Shown piece after piece: positions 1 through 10,293 of a DNA stretch of 64,000 nucleotides; the stretch's first letter is position 1; each line of letters opens with the position of its first letter. Origin of the DNA: Trichodelitschia bisporula. Lineage: Eukaryota. The translations under genes were made by a program, and so were the position numbers. The DNA lies in contig ML996701.1 in the NCBI GenBank assembly GCA_010356995.1, positions 1 to 64,000 of the forward strand, in the 5' to 3' direction. A model generated the notes under the pieces. The model saw nothing but the letters and a program-made list of their open reading frames with translations. It was not told where the DNA came from and made no database searches.

Positions 1-302
1 TCCCTCGTTTTTCCCACAGGGTTTTTGAGGTTTTAATGAGGCCAGACACTGCCAACTCCTTCTTGTTTTTGTCTCCCTTGGAGTTTATTCCATCCCGGGA
101 CATGGGAAGCAGTGGGAGCTCACTGTTGGTGCACTTCCATCCACCTCAGTTTGAGTGGGAGTGTTGAATTTGTGGTGGCAACCTGGGGTGGCTGGAGTGG
201 AGCCAGGAGACAGGGGTCGTCTCCCGGCGATGTATATAGTCAGCTCACTTCCCACTGCTAGTTAGTCAAGCAACTCAGTCAAGTTCACACTTCATTTTAA
301 CA
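1..302 (-). mobile_element. Probable LTR (partial, runs off window) inserted into the NLR gene
   Basis: On the minus strand the NLR frame is replaced at 302 by TGTTAAAA (typical LTR TG start), followed by a TATATA box (~233-238) and AATAAA (~84-89); no coding signal. The other end is not visible. Confidence 0.5.
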
Positions 303-2429
303 CCATGCGGACAATTCTCTGGCCACCTGTCCTGACGCACTGCATGCCTCGACAAACAGTTCATACCACAGATCCTTGTTGTCAAGCAATGACCACAGAA
401 GCAATAGATTGGCGGTGGCCTCGTCCTGCGTTCGTATGGCATTGTAAGAAATGGTCCACGTTGTCCAGACACTGCGATCTGCGTAATCCTGGAGCGGCTG
501 TGTGCTCTGATCGTGCGTCTCCATGAGCTCTTTCCACTGGTGTTTGTAGAACTCGAGATACTTTTGGAGTTCAACCCCGCTCTCTTGCAGGTAAGCTCCG
601 GCCTGAGCAATGGCCAACGGTAGACCGTCCAGCATTTCAAACAAGCGCTCGCCTTCGACAGCATCTACCATCCGTTAGTTCCTAGTTTCGTCGGACTGTG
701 AATAGCCTCTGACCATAGCCATGTTTGTACCAGCTCCCCAATATTGCCTGCGCCTGAGCTCTGTCTACCCTGCCCAATTGCTGCGACTCTCCCAGCTGCT
801 GTAATCTCATCAGGCGCGTCGTGATCAAAACAGACCCATGGTCGGCGCTGGGGAAGTATTTTCGGATATCGTATGCGTGGGCGTCGAGCGACGGAAACTC
901 TCGATCGACGTTGTCAAACACCAGGAGCCAGCTAGTGTTGTCAGGTTGAGCGAGCCAGCCCAACACTTCAGAGACCACAGCTTCGACATTGCCACTGGCA
1001 CTGAGTGCATACTGCCTGCTGTCCTCCGAGATCTGGCCTTTCGGAATCCGAGTCGCACATCGCGCAATGCTCTGTCTCAGGCTGTCCGCTGTGTCTCCAG
1101 CCAGCCAGAACACAGAACTGAACTCTTCACGGCACCTCCGGACGAACTCTACGGCAAGCTGTGTCTTGCCAATTCCACCAAGTCCGCAGAGCGCAAGTAT
1201 CTTTCGGCGTTGGGTGTCCGGTTGTGGCAACAGTGCTTTTTCGAGTTGCACCATCTCTGCCGGCCGCTGAACGAATTCTTTCACTACAGGAACGCCTTCG
1301 AGGCTGAAGTGTGTTCGATAACGTGGGAGGTCTATACGCAAGGCTGTCAGCGTTGGGCTCCATCCGGCTCATCAAGCGTTGTCGTTTGGTACACGGAGGT
1401 TTGCCTCCCCCAGGACAAAAGCAGAGACAAAAGCAGGGACACGTTCGCATTGCAACTCGGAGCGGAAGAAACGGGATGCAACTAACTTGCAACTGGGGGG
1501 ATCAGCAGCAGAATCTCCTTGGCGCAGGAAGCTGCAGTTGCCGCCGCATACTTCTGCCAATCGTCGCTTTTGTGCGAGTCGGAATAGTCGGCGATGCCTC
1601 GAATAACCAGACAGGGGAAGTGGTTCATCAGCCCAGCCGCCTCCATCTCAAAGCAAAGAACGCCCCCGAGTTCCTTGCTGATTCTGTCCCTCTGGTTGCC
1701 ATCTCGCATGAGCCGATTGTCTGATGCAATGGTGCCGAAGTGGACCTGGACGGGTCCGGTGCGGGCCTGCCATCTATCCCGGTTTACCAGGCTCTCTTGG
1801 GCACATTCATAGCATCCAACTGCCTCATCTGAGTCATTGTGTTCGTAGGAAGCCGCGAACAAGACATCGGATGCGTCACTGGGACGCAGAAACGGACTGC
1901 CCGGTCTTGTGAGCTTGGAAAGGTGGTCGAGAAAGCCGAAATTGGTCATGCTGTGCCGAGCTTTGAGGGTCTGAAGCGCGTTCAAAAGATGCTCGGGGGG
2001 GGCACTGAGATGTCCGGTTCGTCGAAGCCCGCCTGGAATGTCTTTGCCGAATTCGTACTGCACCACGCCGCCGTGAGCACCGTCAGGTTGGCTGAACACA
2101 ACGTCTCCGAGCCGCAAATTGTTCTTCGGCTTGGGCACCCCGCCTCCGATGCCAACCATCAGGCCATACTGAATTGATGTAAACATCGATCTCATCTGCA
2201 GCGCAACCGAAAGCGCAGAGTTCGTTCCAGGCCGGCCGACCGGCAAACAGGCGATGACGACGTTGTGGCTACCAATACAGCCTAATTTGTATGGGAAAGT
2301 AGGCTCGTTCGGACCTTGCCGGAAAGGCGCATACTGCGTGTCCAACAGAAGTTGCGCTGCCGCAAATTCGATAGGGAGTGCGCACACCCAGCCAACGGTG
2401 TAGTCTTCACGTTGAAGCTTAGGTACCAT
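297..2429 (-). pseudogene. Fungal NLR-like gene: PNP_UDP_1 effector domain + NB-ARC, truncated before the C-terminal repeats
   Basis: YTVGWVCALPIE, GLMVGIGGGVP, LCFEMEAAGLMN, IRGIADYSDSHK (PNP_UDP); GLGGIGKTQLA P-loop, WLLVFDNVD Walker B, GLPLAIAQAG. Introns 1332-1486 and 665-713 join the three ORFs in frame; stop at 297 just after the winged-helix region. Confidence 0.85.
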
Positions 2430-2842
2430 TTTGGTGGAAGCGGAGAATTCGTCAGGAAGGGTGGATATGGAACAAGTACCATTCGATGGTTGTGGAGTAT
2501 TTGCAAAGGTCTGAACAATGTTTTGAACTGGAGTGAATCGAAATTAAGAAAAAGAGGGGCTGGGGGAACTGGGAGCACAAATACTGGGGGAGCTGTTAAT
2601 GATTCCTTCTTGTTGCCGCTCAGCCTTGCAATCCCTGTAGGCGCATAATGCAGCATCAACGGTGAGTCTGCCACAACCGGTCTGGAGATTCCGCTTTGAC
2701 ATTGGCTTGCAGTAACGCGCCATACCACTGACCCAGTTAGTGTGTTGGATCCGAGCCTCTATTTCTCTCCTACTAGCAGTACACGCCCTTATCGTGAAGT
2801 GCACCGGAAACGTGTCGTGGGAGACCCCTGCCGGTCCTTGGC

Positions 2843-2880
2843 CCCCGCAGCTGACCCCGCAGCTGACCCCGCAGCTGACC
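2843..2880. repeat. 12-bp tandem repeat (ccccgcagctga) x3
   Basis: Directly visible. Confidence 0.85.
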
Positions 2881-3075
2881 CAACTGCCTCAGGCAGACAG
2901 TAGCGCGATCTGCGCGGTGATGGGTGGGAGCCGGGGCCTCGGCCCAAATACTCGGGCCACGCACCATTGGACGAGACAAGCTTCTCACGCTTCTCACCTG
3001 CGCCGGCAACTCCGGCACCTTCATCGTCGGTATGTCTCCACCCCGCCGTCTCGTCTGATGCTTATCTCGACGTCA

Positions 3076-3906
3076 GTCCTGGACAACGTCGACAACACAA
3101 GCTCCGACATATCCTGAGAGCTCATGCTTGCCCACGACGACCATCGTCTNNNNNNNNNNACGACGACCATCGTCTTGACCACCACGGGCACGACTACGAC
3201 TACGGTGACCGAATTTGGCACGACCACGACCGTGACTTCCGTTTCCACGTCAGTCGTGACAAATTCCGGGGCCATAACGACCGTCACCAACGCTGGGCTG
3301 ACGACGACCGGCACAAATGCTGAGAGTACCTCGACAGTGACGTCGATCTCCACGTCGGCTTCTGCGTCGGTCGTAACGAATGCCGGACAAACTACAACCA
3401 TCATCAACGCCGGCCAGACAACCACGGTCACTGATGCGGGCAAGACCGCTACCAACGCCGGCCAGACGACCACCGTTGCTGGCCAGATCACGACAGTCAC
3501 GGACGCTGGCCAAACCACCACCGTCGCTGGCCAGACCACCACAGTCACAGACGCCGGCCAAACAACTACTGATGTGGGCCAAACGTCCACCGTGACTTAT
3601 ACCGGCAAGACCACCGCCGTCACCGGCCTCACGACGACCATTACCGACGCTGGCAAGACGAGCACCGTCACCGTGGCCAACACCACCACCACCAGCACCA
3701 GCTTCGCCGGCACGACCACCGTCACCATCAGCCACACCCTGACCCTCTACGACTTTTCGTCCGCCACGGCCCCTCTCTTCGATTTCTGGCCGACGGTCAC
3801 CTCCAACGCCATCCCGGCGAGCCACGGCCCCTGGGACATTGCGCTCATTGTGCTCCTGGCTATCCTCGCTGCCCTAGCCGCGCTTCTTGCGGCGGCATTC
3901 GGCTAG
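3076..3906 (+). CDS. Thr-rich mucin/adhesin-like protein with AGQTTTV repeats and a C-terminal hydrophobic segment (possibly pseudogene)
   Basis: Repeated (N/D)AGQTTTV; WDIALIVLLAILAALAALLAAAFG hydrophobic helix; a 10-N gap at 3150-3159; no in-frame ATG or signal peptide found upstream once the gap overlap is collapsed. Confidence 0.55.
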
Positions 3907-4145
3907 GCTCTCCGCCGCCCGTACTGCTCTGCGTGTCGGCGGCGGCACGCCCCGAAGAAATGTCCCGTGATGCGGCTCTATATGCCGGCGGCGACGGCGG
4001 GCCGGGGACTGGTTATTAATAGCCGAGTGGGGCCGGAACTGGTGACGGGCTGTCCGCTAGTGGCAATGCCTATAGGCAAGCTCCGACGGGAGCTGACTCT
4101 GGGCCACCGGCCGTCGGCATTGGCTATGGCGTGCCTGCTCCGACA

Positions 4146-4588
4146 GGCAAGCAGCTGGCGTCGGCATCGGGCGACAGGACGGTCAGGCTGTGGGATGCCG
4201 GCTCGGGAAAGGCGCTGCAGACGCTCGAGGGCCATTCGAGAGAGGTCTGGGCCGTGGCCTTCTCGCCGGACGGCAAGAAGCTGGCGTCGGCATCGGGCGA
4301 CAGGACGGTCAGGCTTTAGGACGCCGGCTCGGGAAAGGCGCTGCAGAAGCTCGAGGGCCATTCGAGAGAGGTCAGGGCCGTGGCCTTCTCGCCGGACGGC
4401 AAGCAGCTGGCGTCGGCATCATGGGACTCGACGGTCAGGCTGTGGGACGCCGGCTCGGGAAAGGCGCGGAAGAACGTCTTTGGCTTCCACTCGAGTATCG
4501 CAGTCCGGATGCCGTCGCCATTCACGGGGATAAGATTGGCTTGGGGTATAAGTCTGGTCGAGTGCTGTGTATGGAATTCATTTGCTGA
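4146..4588 (+). pseudogene. HET-E/NWD-type WD40 repeat fragment
   Basis: Near-identical 126-bp units starting at 4146, 4272, 4398 ([33 protein letters not shown]); TAG at 4317-4319 replaces the W of WD; no NACHT domain upstream. Confidence 0.85.
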
Positions 4589-5194
4589 AGTGTCTCTTAA
4601 CCTCCTCCCCACCCACCTCCGTTGCGGCCATTGTCTTTTTATGCCTTTTTTTAGAGCGAAAGTGGCAATGAATTACGTATTGAAATGGGACAGCTTTGAA
4701 ATTGAATGCTCCAATTAAAAATAGTAGCAATGGCGGATGAAAACATCACCATCAGTGATGTAATAGCTTCAGTGCATTGTGAATCTGGAAGTATCTGAAA
4801 TTAGCCATTCCTTCACAACGCAGGGAAGATATGATGGAATGTGGTGGCTGTGTTCAAAGTTTGCCATGTTGAAAGGGGACGAGTGATCAATGGAAACATC
4901 ACAGCATCACAAGTTGGACCGAAGGTCTGTCCATGAGCAAGTTGCTTGATTGTCAAAGAGGTGGGGATCCCGAGTCTACTTATACTCGAGCCCTGTGGCT
5001 GAAACGGGGTAAGGCTGAACACAGCCACCGCTTTCCAACATGCCACTCCCAGCTTCATGAGGCGTTGAAATAGTCATAGCTTTGAGCATTGAGTCTGCCA
5101 TGTCTGCCTAGAGCTTTCCCCTTGACTTAAGTACCCTGCCTGCTATGAGCCTCAAACCTCACCTCACTTCGGCAAAGCCATCAAAACATTCACA

Positions 5195-5938
5195 ATGACC
5201 ACCTTCACCACCGTCCTGCTCTTCGGCGGCGCTCTCACAGCCAACCTTCCCCGCGACTTCGCAGACGTTAGGTGAGATTCACGGAAGCCTCGACTCTGCG
5301 CCTAACTAACCCTGCAGCACCATCCGCCAGGTTCCTGACAACCAGGAAGTCTTCCTCCACACCACCGGCCTCACGAGCATCATCTTCGACATAACTGAGC
5401 GCGTCATCCAGCTGAACGACAGCTCGTATCAAGCCGCTCTGCGTTTTCATTGCGTTTCCATTACACCGATATTGTGACCAGCAGCGCCGACGAGACGCGC
5501 ATCTGGGTGGATTTTGCCCCAGCGGCGCTGGGAAAATGCCGTATGTATGCCCCGCTAATATAAGTGCAGCTCTCCTTTACGCGTTAACTACCTCGTCTGT
5601 GCCCCATTCCCCACCTAACCTCACTCCGTAGGTCGATCCCAGCGTTCACTATGTTTGCTACCCAACACCCAAGTGCCGCGCCCTCCCGCTCTCCGCAGGC
5701 CGACTTCACGGGCATCCTCCTGGTGCTCGTGCGGCTCGCGGCGCAGAAGACCGACATTGTCATTTCGATTAATGTCCCACACGTGGCAGACGAGTATGCC
5801 CGTGAAGATGTTGACCTCAAGGCGCGCAAGCCGGGCCCGCTTCCCGGGGCAGTGATACAGATGCGCGACCGCATTTTGGAGACCTTTGAGGTCAAGGATT
5901 GGACCTGTTTGTCAACGAGGAAGAGGAGGCATAGATAG
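5195..5938 (+). pseudogene. MOG1: Ran guanine-nucleotide release factor Mog1 homologue, frameshifted
   Basis: LFGGALTANLP..FADVS, RQVPDNQEVFL, TSIIFDITE, TDIVISINVPH, ETFEVKDW motifs; an 11-bp duplication (5440-5461) shifts the frame to TGA 5475-5477; a second 1-bp shift near 5903 hides the LFVNEEEEA* tail. Confidence 0.75.
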
Positions 5939-6512
5939 CTTTGTGCGTATGGTGCTTGATTTCACGAGTGCGACGCGGGCGAAATTCCCACCAGAATGCC
6001 CTCGAGACTGAGACCAAGCTCGGTGAAGCCCTATCCTATTCAACATCAGTCTATTATTTCGTCCTCAAGGTCCAGCACAAGTACCGCCTCTCTCATCCAG
6101 AGCTACTGTACAGTGACAAGGGTGGCTGAAGCTCTTGCCCCACCTCGCAGTATATATTTACGGCTTGGCACGGGGTTTATCTTAACCCCGCCAACTCAAG
6201 TTAAAGTTCACTCTCACCTACTACGTACAAAGCCAGAAGGTTGAGGGATCATTAGAGCTGACATTTTTCATACCGATCAAGCAGAGTAACCCTTTGAGGA
6301 TCATCCGACATATCTCCGCTTCCCGCACCCTACCACCCTCCTCGCTTACCGCGAGCTTCGCTCGACGAGACCAGGCAACCTTCAAAGTGACCCCACGTCA
6401 ACCTCTGCTCCACCCCCCAGAAAGCCCAGACAGCTTCATTGCAGCACACATACCGGCTGGCAGTGTCAGAACTAGCCTTGCTAAGCCTCGAAGACCTACA
6501 GTCACACTCACG

Positions 6513-7308
6513 ATGTCCCTCGTCGCCGGCCCCGGCCGCGGCGGCGCCCTCTCCTCGGCACCCTTCCCACAGTAACTTCACACCAGCGCCCACGTGCGCT
6601 ACATTCAAACGCTAGACAAGCGGCGCGACGAATTTGAGTACTGGTTGACGGAACATCTACGACTAAACGGATTATACTGGGGCTTGACCGCGCTGCACCT
6701 GCTCGGGAAGCCGGACGCCTTGCCCCGCGACGAGGTGCTCGACTTCGTGCTCAGCTGTCTGCATGAGTCGGGCGGGATGGGTGCTGCTCCAGGACATGAT
6801 GCGCATATGCTGTATACTGTGAGCGGAGTGCAGATTTTGGCGCTGGTGGATGGATTTGAGGAGCTTGAGGCGAGAGTGCCGGCGGGGAAGGAGAAAATTG
6901 CTAAGTGTGAGTTTGCTGGATAGATGTGGACTGGACTGACGGAGCAGTTATTGCGGGGCTGCAGGACCCAGCTACGGGGACGTTCTTCGGCGATCAGTAT
7001 GGAGAGCCTGACACGCGCTTCCTGTACGGAGCGCTGAATGCGCTGTCACTCCTTGGTCGCTTGGATCTCGTCGATGTTCCCCGTGCGGTGACATATATCG
7101 AGTCCTGCGCTAATCCCGACGGTGGATATGGCAATTCGCCTGGTGCAGAATCGCATTCGGGCCAGATATTCACCTGCTTTGCGGCGCTGTCGATTGCGGA
7201 CCGCCTTGATACAGTCGATACGGAGCACTTGGCTGGGTGGTTGAGCGAGCGGCAGGTGTCCGAGGGCGAGGGTAAGGGTGGATTGAACGGACGGCCGGAG
7301 AAGAAGGA
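6513..7308 (+). pseudogene. BET2: Rab geranylgeranyltransferase beta subunit, premature stop and 3' truncation
   Basis: [52 protein letters not shown]; in-frame TAA at 6573-6575; intron ~6907-6946; ends before the Zn-binding DVCYSWW motif. Confidence 0.85.
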
Positions 7309-8132
7309 TGTCACGGTATGACACCCGGTTTCTGCTGCTCCATGGGCTCGCACCATCCCCGGGTTTGTATGGGGCTTGGCGCTGTGCCAAGCCCCCACAT
7401 TCACACTCATACACCAGGCCTACTTACCCGCAGTCCCTGACATCCTTGCTCCGTAGCTTTACAATCTACGTCTTACCCACATCTTGATCGTGCATGCGTG
7501 ATTGTTGACGGTGACACACCCGGAAGACTGCCGATGAATCATGAATACAAGATGGCGCTCTACTCCGTGGGATTGAAGACGACTCGGATCGAAGGACTCG
7601 CTGTGGACAACGACCGACCGTGCGAATCCCACCCTTCGGGGTGCCAACACGTCATGAACGTTGGACTTGGGGAAATCATGCACCTTCGGACGTTCCACTC
7701 GAGAGTCCCGGAAGACCGAACCTCGTTGACATGTGTCAGGGGCGCACAAATCACTGGTTGCACAGCATTGGTTGTGGAATAACATTCATTGAAAGCTTGA
7801 AGAAGTATGTAAGTGTCATGGTTCTGGCCATACACGGTATGATGCCTCAGGCCAAGATGTGGTCTGGGTGGCAGCACAGTACCGAGGTGACGTATGGAGA
7901 CTAGCGCAGTCATGTGACTGGCGCCAAGCCCCCACACTGCGGTTATGCTTTTGCACCCCCATCCCTGTAGATTACTTCTCCAACTCTTTATCATCGTCTC
8001 GAAGCAATCCATGGTTTTTGCACCGCTCTTCGCTGGCACCGTGACATCCATGTAGATTACTTCTCCAACTCTTTTATCATCGTCTCGAAGCAATCTAAGG
8101 TTTTTGCACCGCTCTTCGCTGGCACCGTGACA
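7309..8132. mobile_element. LTR-like / transposon remnants interrupting BET2
   Basis: Starts TGTCACGGT at 7309; GTGACA ends at 7516, 8046, 8132; hairpin ggggcttggc/gccaagcccc at ~7371-7395; gccaagcccccaca recurs at ~7923; ~80-bp direct duplication (~7967-8048 / 8051-8134). No target-site duplication found. Confidence 0.5.
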
Positions 8133-8157
8133 TCGAGGGCTACACGCAAAACTCGCT

Positions 8158-8233
8158 AAGTACCGGGAAATTAGCTGAGTACCGGGTAATCACCTGAGTA
8201 CCGGGTAATCACTTGAGTACCGGGTAGCTAGCT
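8158..8233. repeat. 19-bp tandem repeat x4 (consensus gagtaccgggtaatcacct)
   Basis: Directly visible; units start at 8158, 8177, 8196, 8215. Confidence 0.85.
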
Positions 8234-8446
8234 AAGTAGCGATAGTCGGCTATCACTTTTCCGCCTAGCCCTTCCGACCCTAGCATCAGAATCCCTCTCC
8301 GATCGAATCTTGTTTCCCCCGCCTACTCCCGAATTACTGTCTCAGCATCCTACATTTAGCGACTCCAACGTCCTCGAGCCGTGTCATCTTAATCCCCCTT
8401 CGATTCCTCTTAAATCAACGGCCTCGTCCAAAACCCGGTATCAAAC

Positions 8447-8920
8447 ATGACGGACCAACTTCGCGTGGTCTGCCAATGCCGCAACGTCTCGTTCCCCGCA
8501 CCTGAACCACAGCCACGCGCCCTCTACCATTGCCATTGCCTTGAGTGTCGCAAGCAGTCCGCGTCAGCTTTCGGGACGACCGCCATATTCCCCGCGGAGC
8601 CGTTTTTCCCTTTGGCGCCCGAGCTGAAGGCTAAACTCAAGATCTGGCAGCGGCCGACGGAGACTGGCGGCACTATGGACTGTTACTTTTGTCCGGAGTG
8701 CGGGGTTCGGGTGTTTCACCGCATCTGCAATGCCGATGGAAACTGGAGGGATGTAATCAGCGTCAAAGCGGGCTGCATTGAGGGCCTGGAGTGGAACGCG
8801 ACGGCACATCTCTTTGCGCGATCGGCTGTGTTCCCAATTCCGGCGGACCACCAGGCTTTTGACACGTACCCGCCGACAATGGAAGGTGGGCACGGCGCCG
8901 TCGGTACGGAAAAGAATTGA
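8447..8920 (+). CDS. GFA/CENP-V (Mss4-like) zinc-binding protein
   Basis: CQC...CHCLECRKQSASAF...FCPECG pattern. Confidence 0.9.
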   Translation: MTDQLRVVCQCRNVSFPAPEPQPRALYHCHCLECRKQSASAFGTTAIFPAEPFFPLAPELKAKLKIWQRPTETGGTMDCYFCPECGVRVFHRICNADGNWRDVISVKAGCIEGLEWNATAHLFARSAVFPIPADHQAFDTYPPTMEGGHGAVGTEKN

Positions 8921-9131
8921 AGCAGCTTCGGTTTTCTCGGCAGTTTGATGTATGGGTGGAAGGGATTAGCTTCCATCAGGCCGGTAGCAATGTCGGTGAA
9001 GCGCTTGCACGGAACACAAATGGACTCATTTGCGCAAAAAAACATGTGTACCGTTCTGTGTCCGGCCTGAGACCCGCTGCAGGCTCAGCTTGTTCAACAT
9101 CGAACTCGTTCTGAGACAGGGTGGTTCTAAC

Positions 9132-10293
9132 TCATGCCGCTAAGCTCACGCTCTGCAGCTCTTCCTCCAGCTCCTCCATGACGCCCCTTTTGACGTCACC
9201 TGCCACGAGCGCCACACCCTCGCATGTGTCATCGTCAAAATCGACACCGGCGACCTCCCATGCAACCCACTTCGCCGTCTGCGTGTGAAGACTTTCCGCA
9301 CCCGCCGATACCGCACTCCGCCCGCGCGCGACCGCCTGAAACACCACCAGCTGGTCATGCATGTGCTCATCGACGCATCCGCCATGTGCCAGTTCGCTGC
9401 TCAGTTCTTTGACCACGCACTTAACCATTGCCGCCACGGCAACCTCGCCCGTCGCCTTCCGGTCGAACAGCCAGTCGCGCCCGAGCCGGCAGCCGGTGCT
9501 CGTCACCGCGATTAGCAGCAGGTACAAGCGCTTCGGGTGGCGGGAGTCCTCAAAAGCCTCATCGACGGGGATACCGGGAAATGCACGCCCGAGCGCGGGT
9601 GCTAGCTCGGTGGTGAACATACGAGCTGTCGATGAAGGGGCCACAATGCGTGTAAGAACGCGGACCACCTCCCCGCGCTCGACCAGCGTAAACGCCGGCA
9701 GACTCTCGTCCCGGGCAAGAGGTGTGATCCCGAAAGTCACCTCGCCGACCTCGTTGCGGCCGGTGCTCCAGCCGCGACGGTGCAGCCTCACTGTAAGCGG
9801 GGGAAGACCGATCAAGTGCAGCATCGGGACCAGCACGTGCGTGACGTAATCGATTGACGGCGAGTTGGAGACGTTAGTGCCGCCATGGATGGTCAGAGCC
9901 GCGTGGTTTTCACTCGCAAAGAGAATAAACGGCAACAAGGCCTGGAAGACCAGCGTGACGCTGCCGGGGCTGCCGATATCGATGGGCGGCACGGATGTGA
10001 GGCGGACATGTGTCTGCGGCGTCAGCCTTGCGATGGAGCCATTGCAGACGTACCTTCGGCCGGAACAGTAGCTCACGGCTGCCTTTGGCGTCGCCTTCTA
10101 CCCGCGCGGAGCATGCGTCCGCCAGCCAGCGCACGGCTGAGAGGTGTTGGCCTTTGATGCCGCGCGGGCCGCTGCGGTTTCCGCGGATGTCGGTGATGCG
10201 GACTGGAGTGCCGGTTAGGGCTGACAGGCCTACGGCGAGGCGGAGGAGTTGGCCGCCTCCTTCGAGTGTGGTTCCGAGTAGGTCAACGACCAT
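9132..10293 (-). CDS. RNA 3'-terminal phosphate cyclase (RtcA-type)
   Basis: LEGGGQLLR, IRGNR, QHL, GSVTLVFQ, GGTNV..SPSIDY, RRGW, VDEHMHDQL, SLHTQT; intron 10014-10053. Confidence 0.88.

Noticed and set aside
3134..3175. 16-bp duplication flanking a 10-N gap
   Set aside because: acgacgaccatcgtct on both sides of the Ns is most likely an unmerged contig overlap, so the ORF-track start at 3124 is probably an artefact.
4620..5100. AT-richer, CpG-poor tract
   Set aside because: Possibly a decayed repeat, but no termini or domain could be identified.
8158..8233. CRISPR-like array
   Set aside because: Contiguous tandem units without unique spacers, in a eukaryote with no cas genes.
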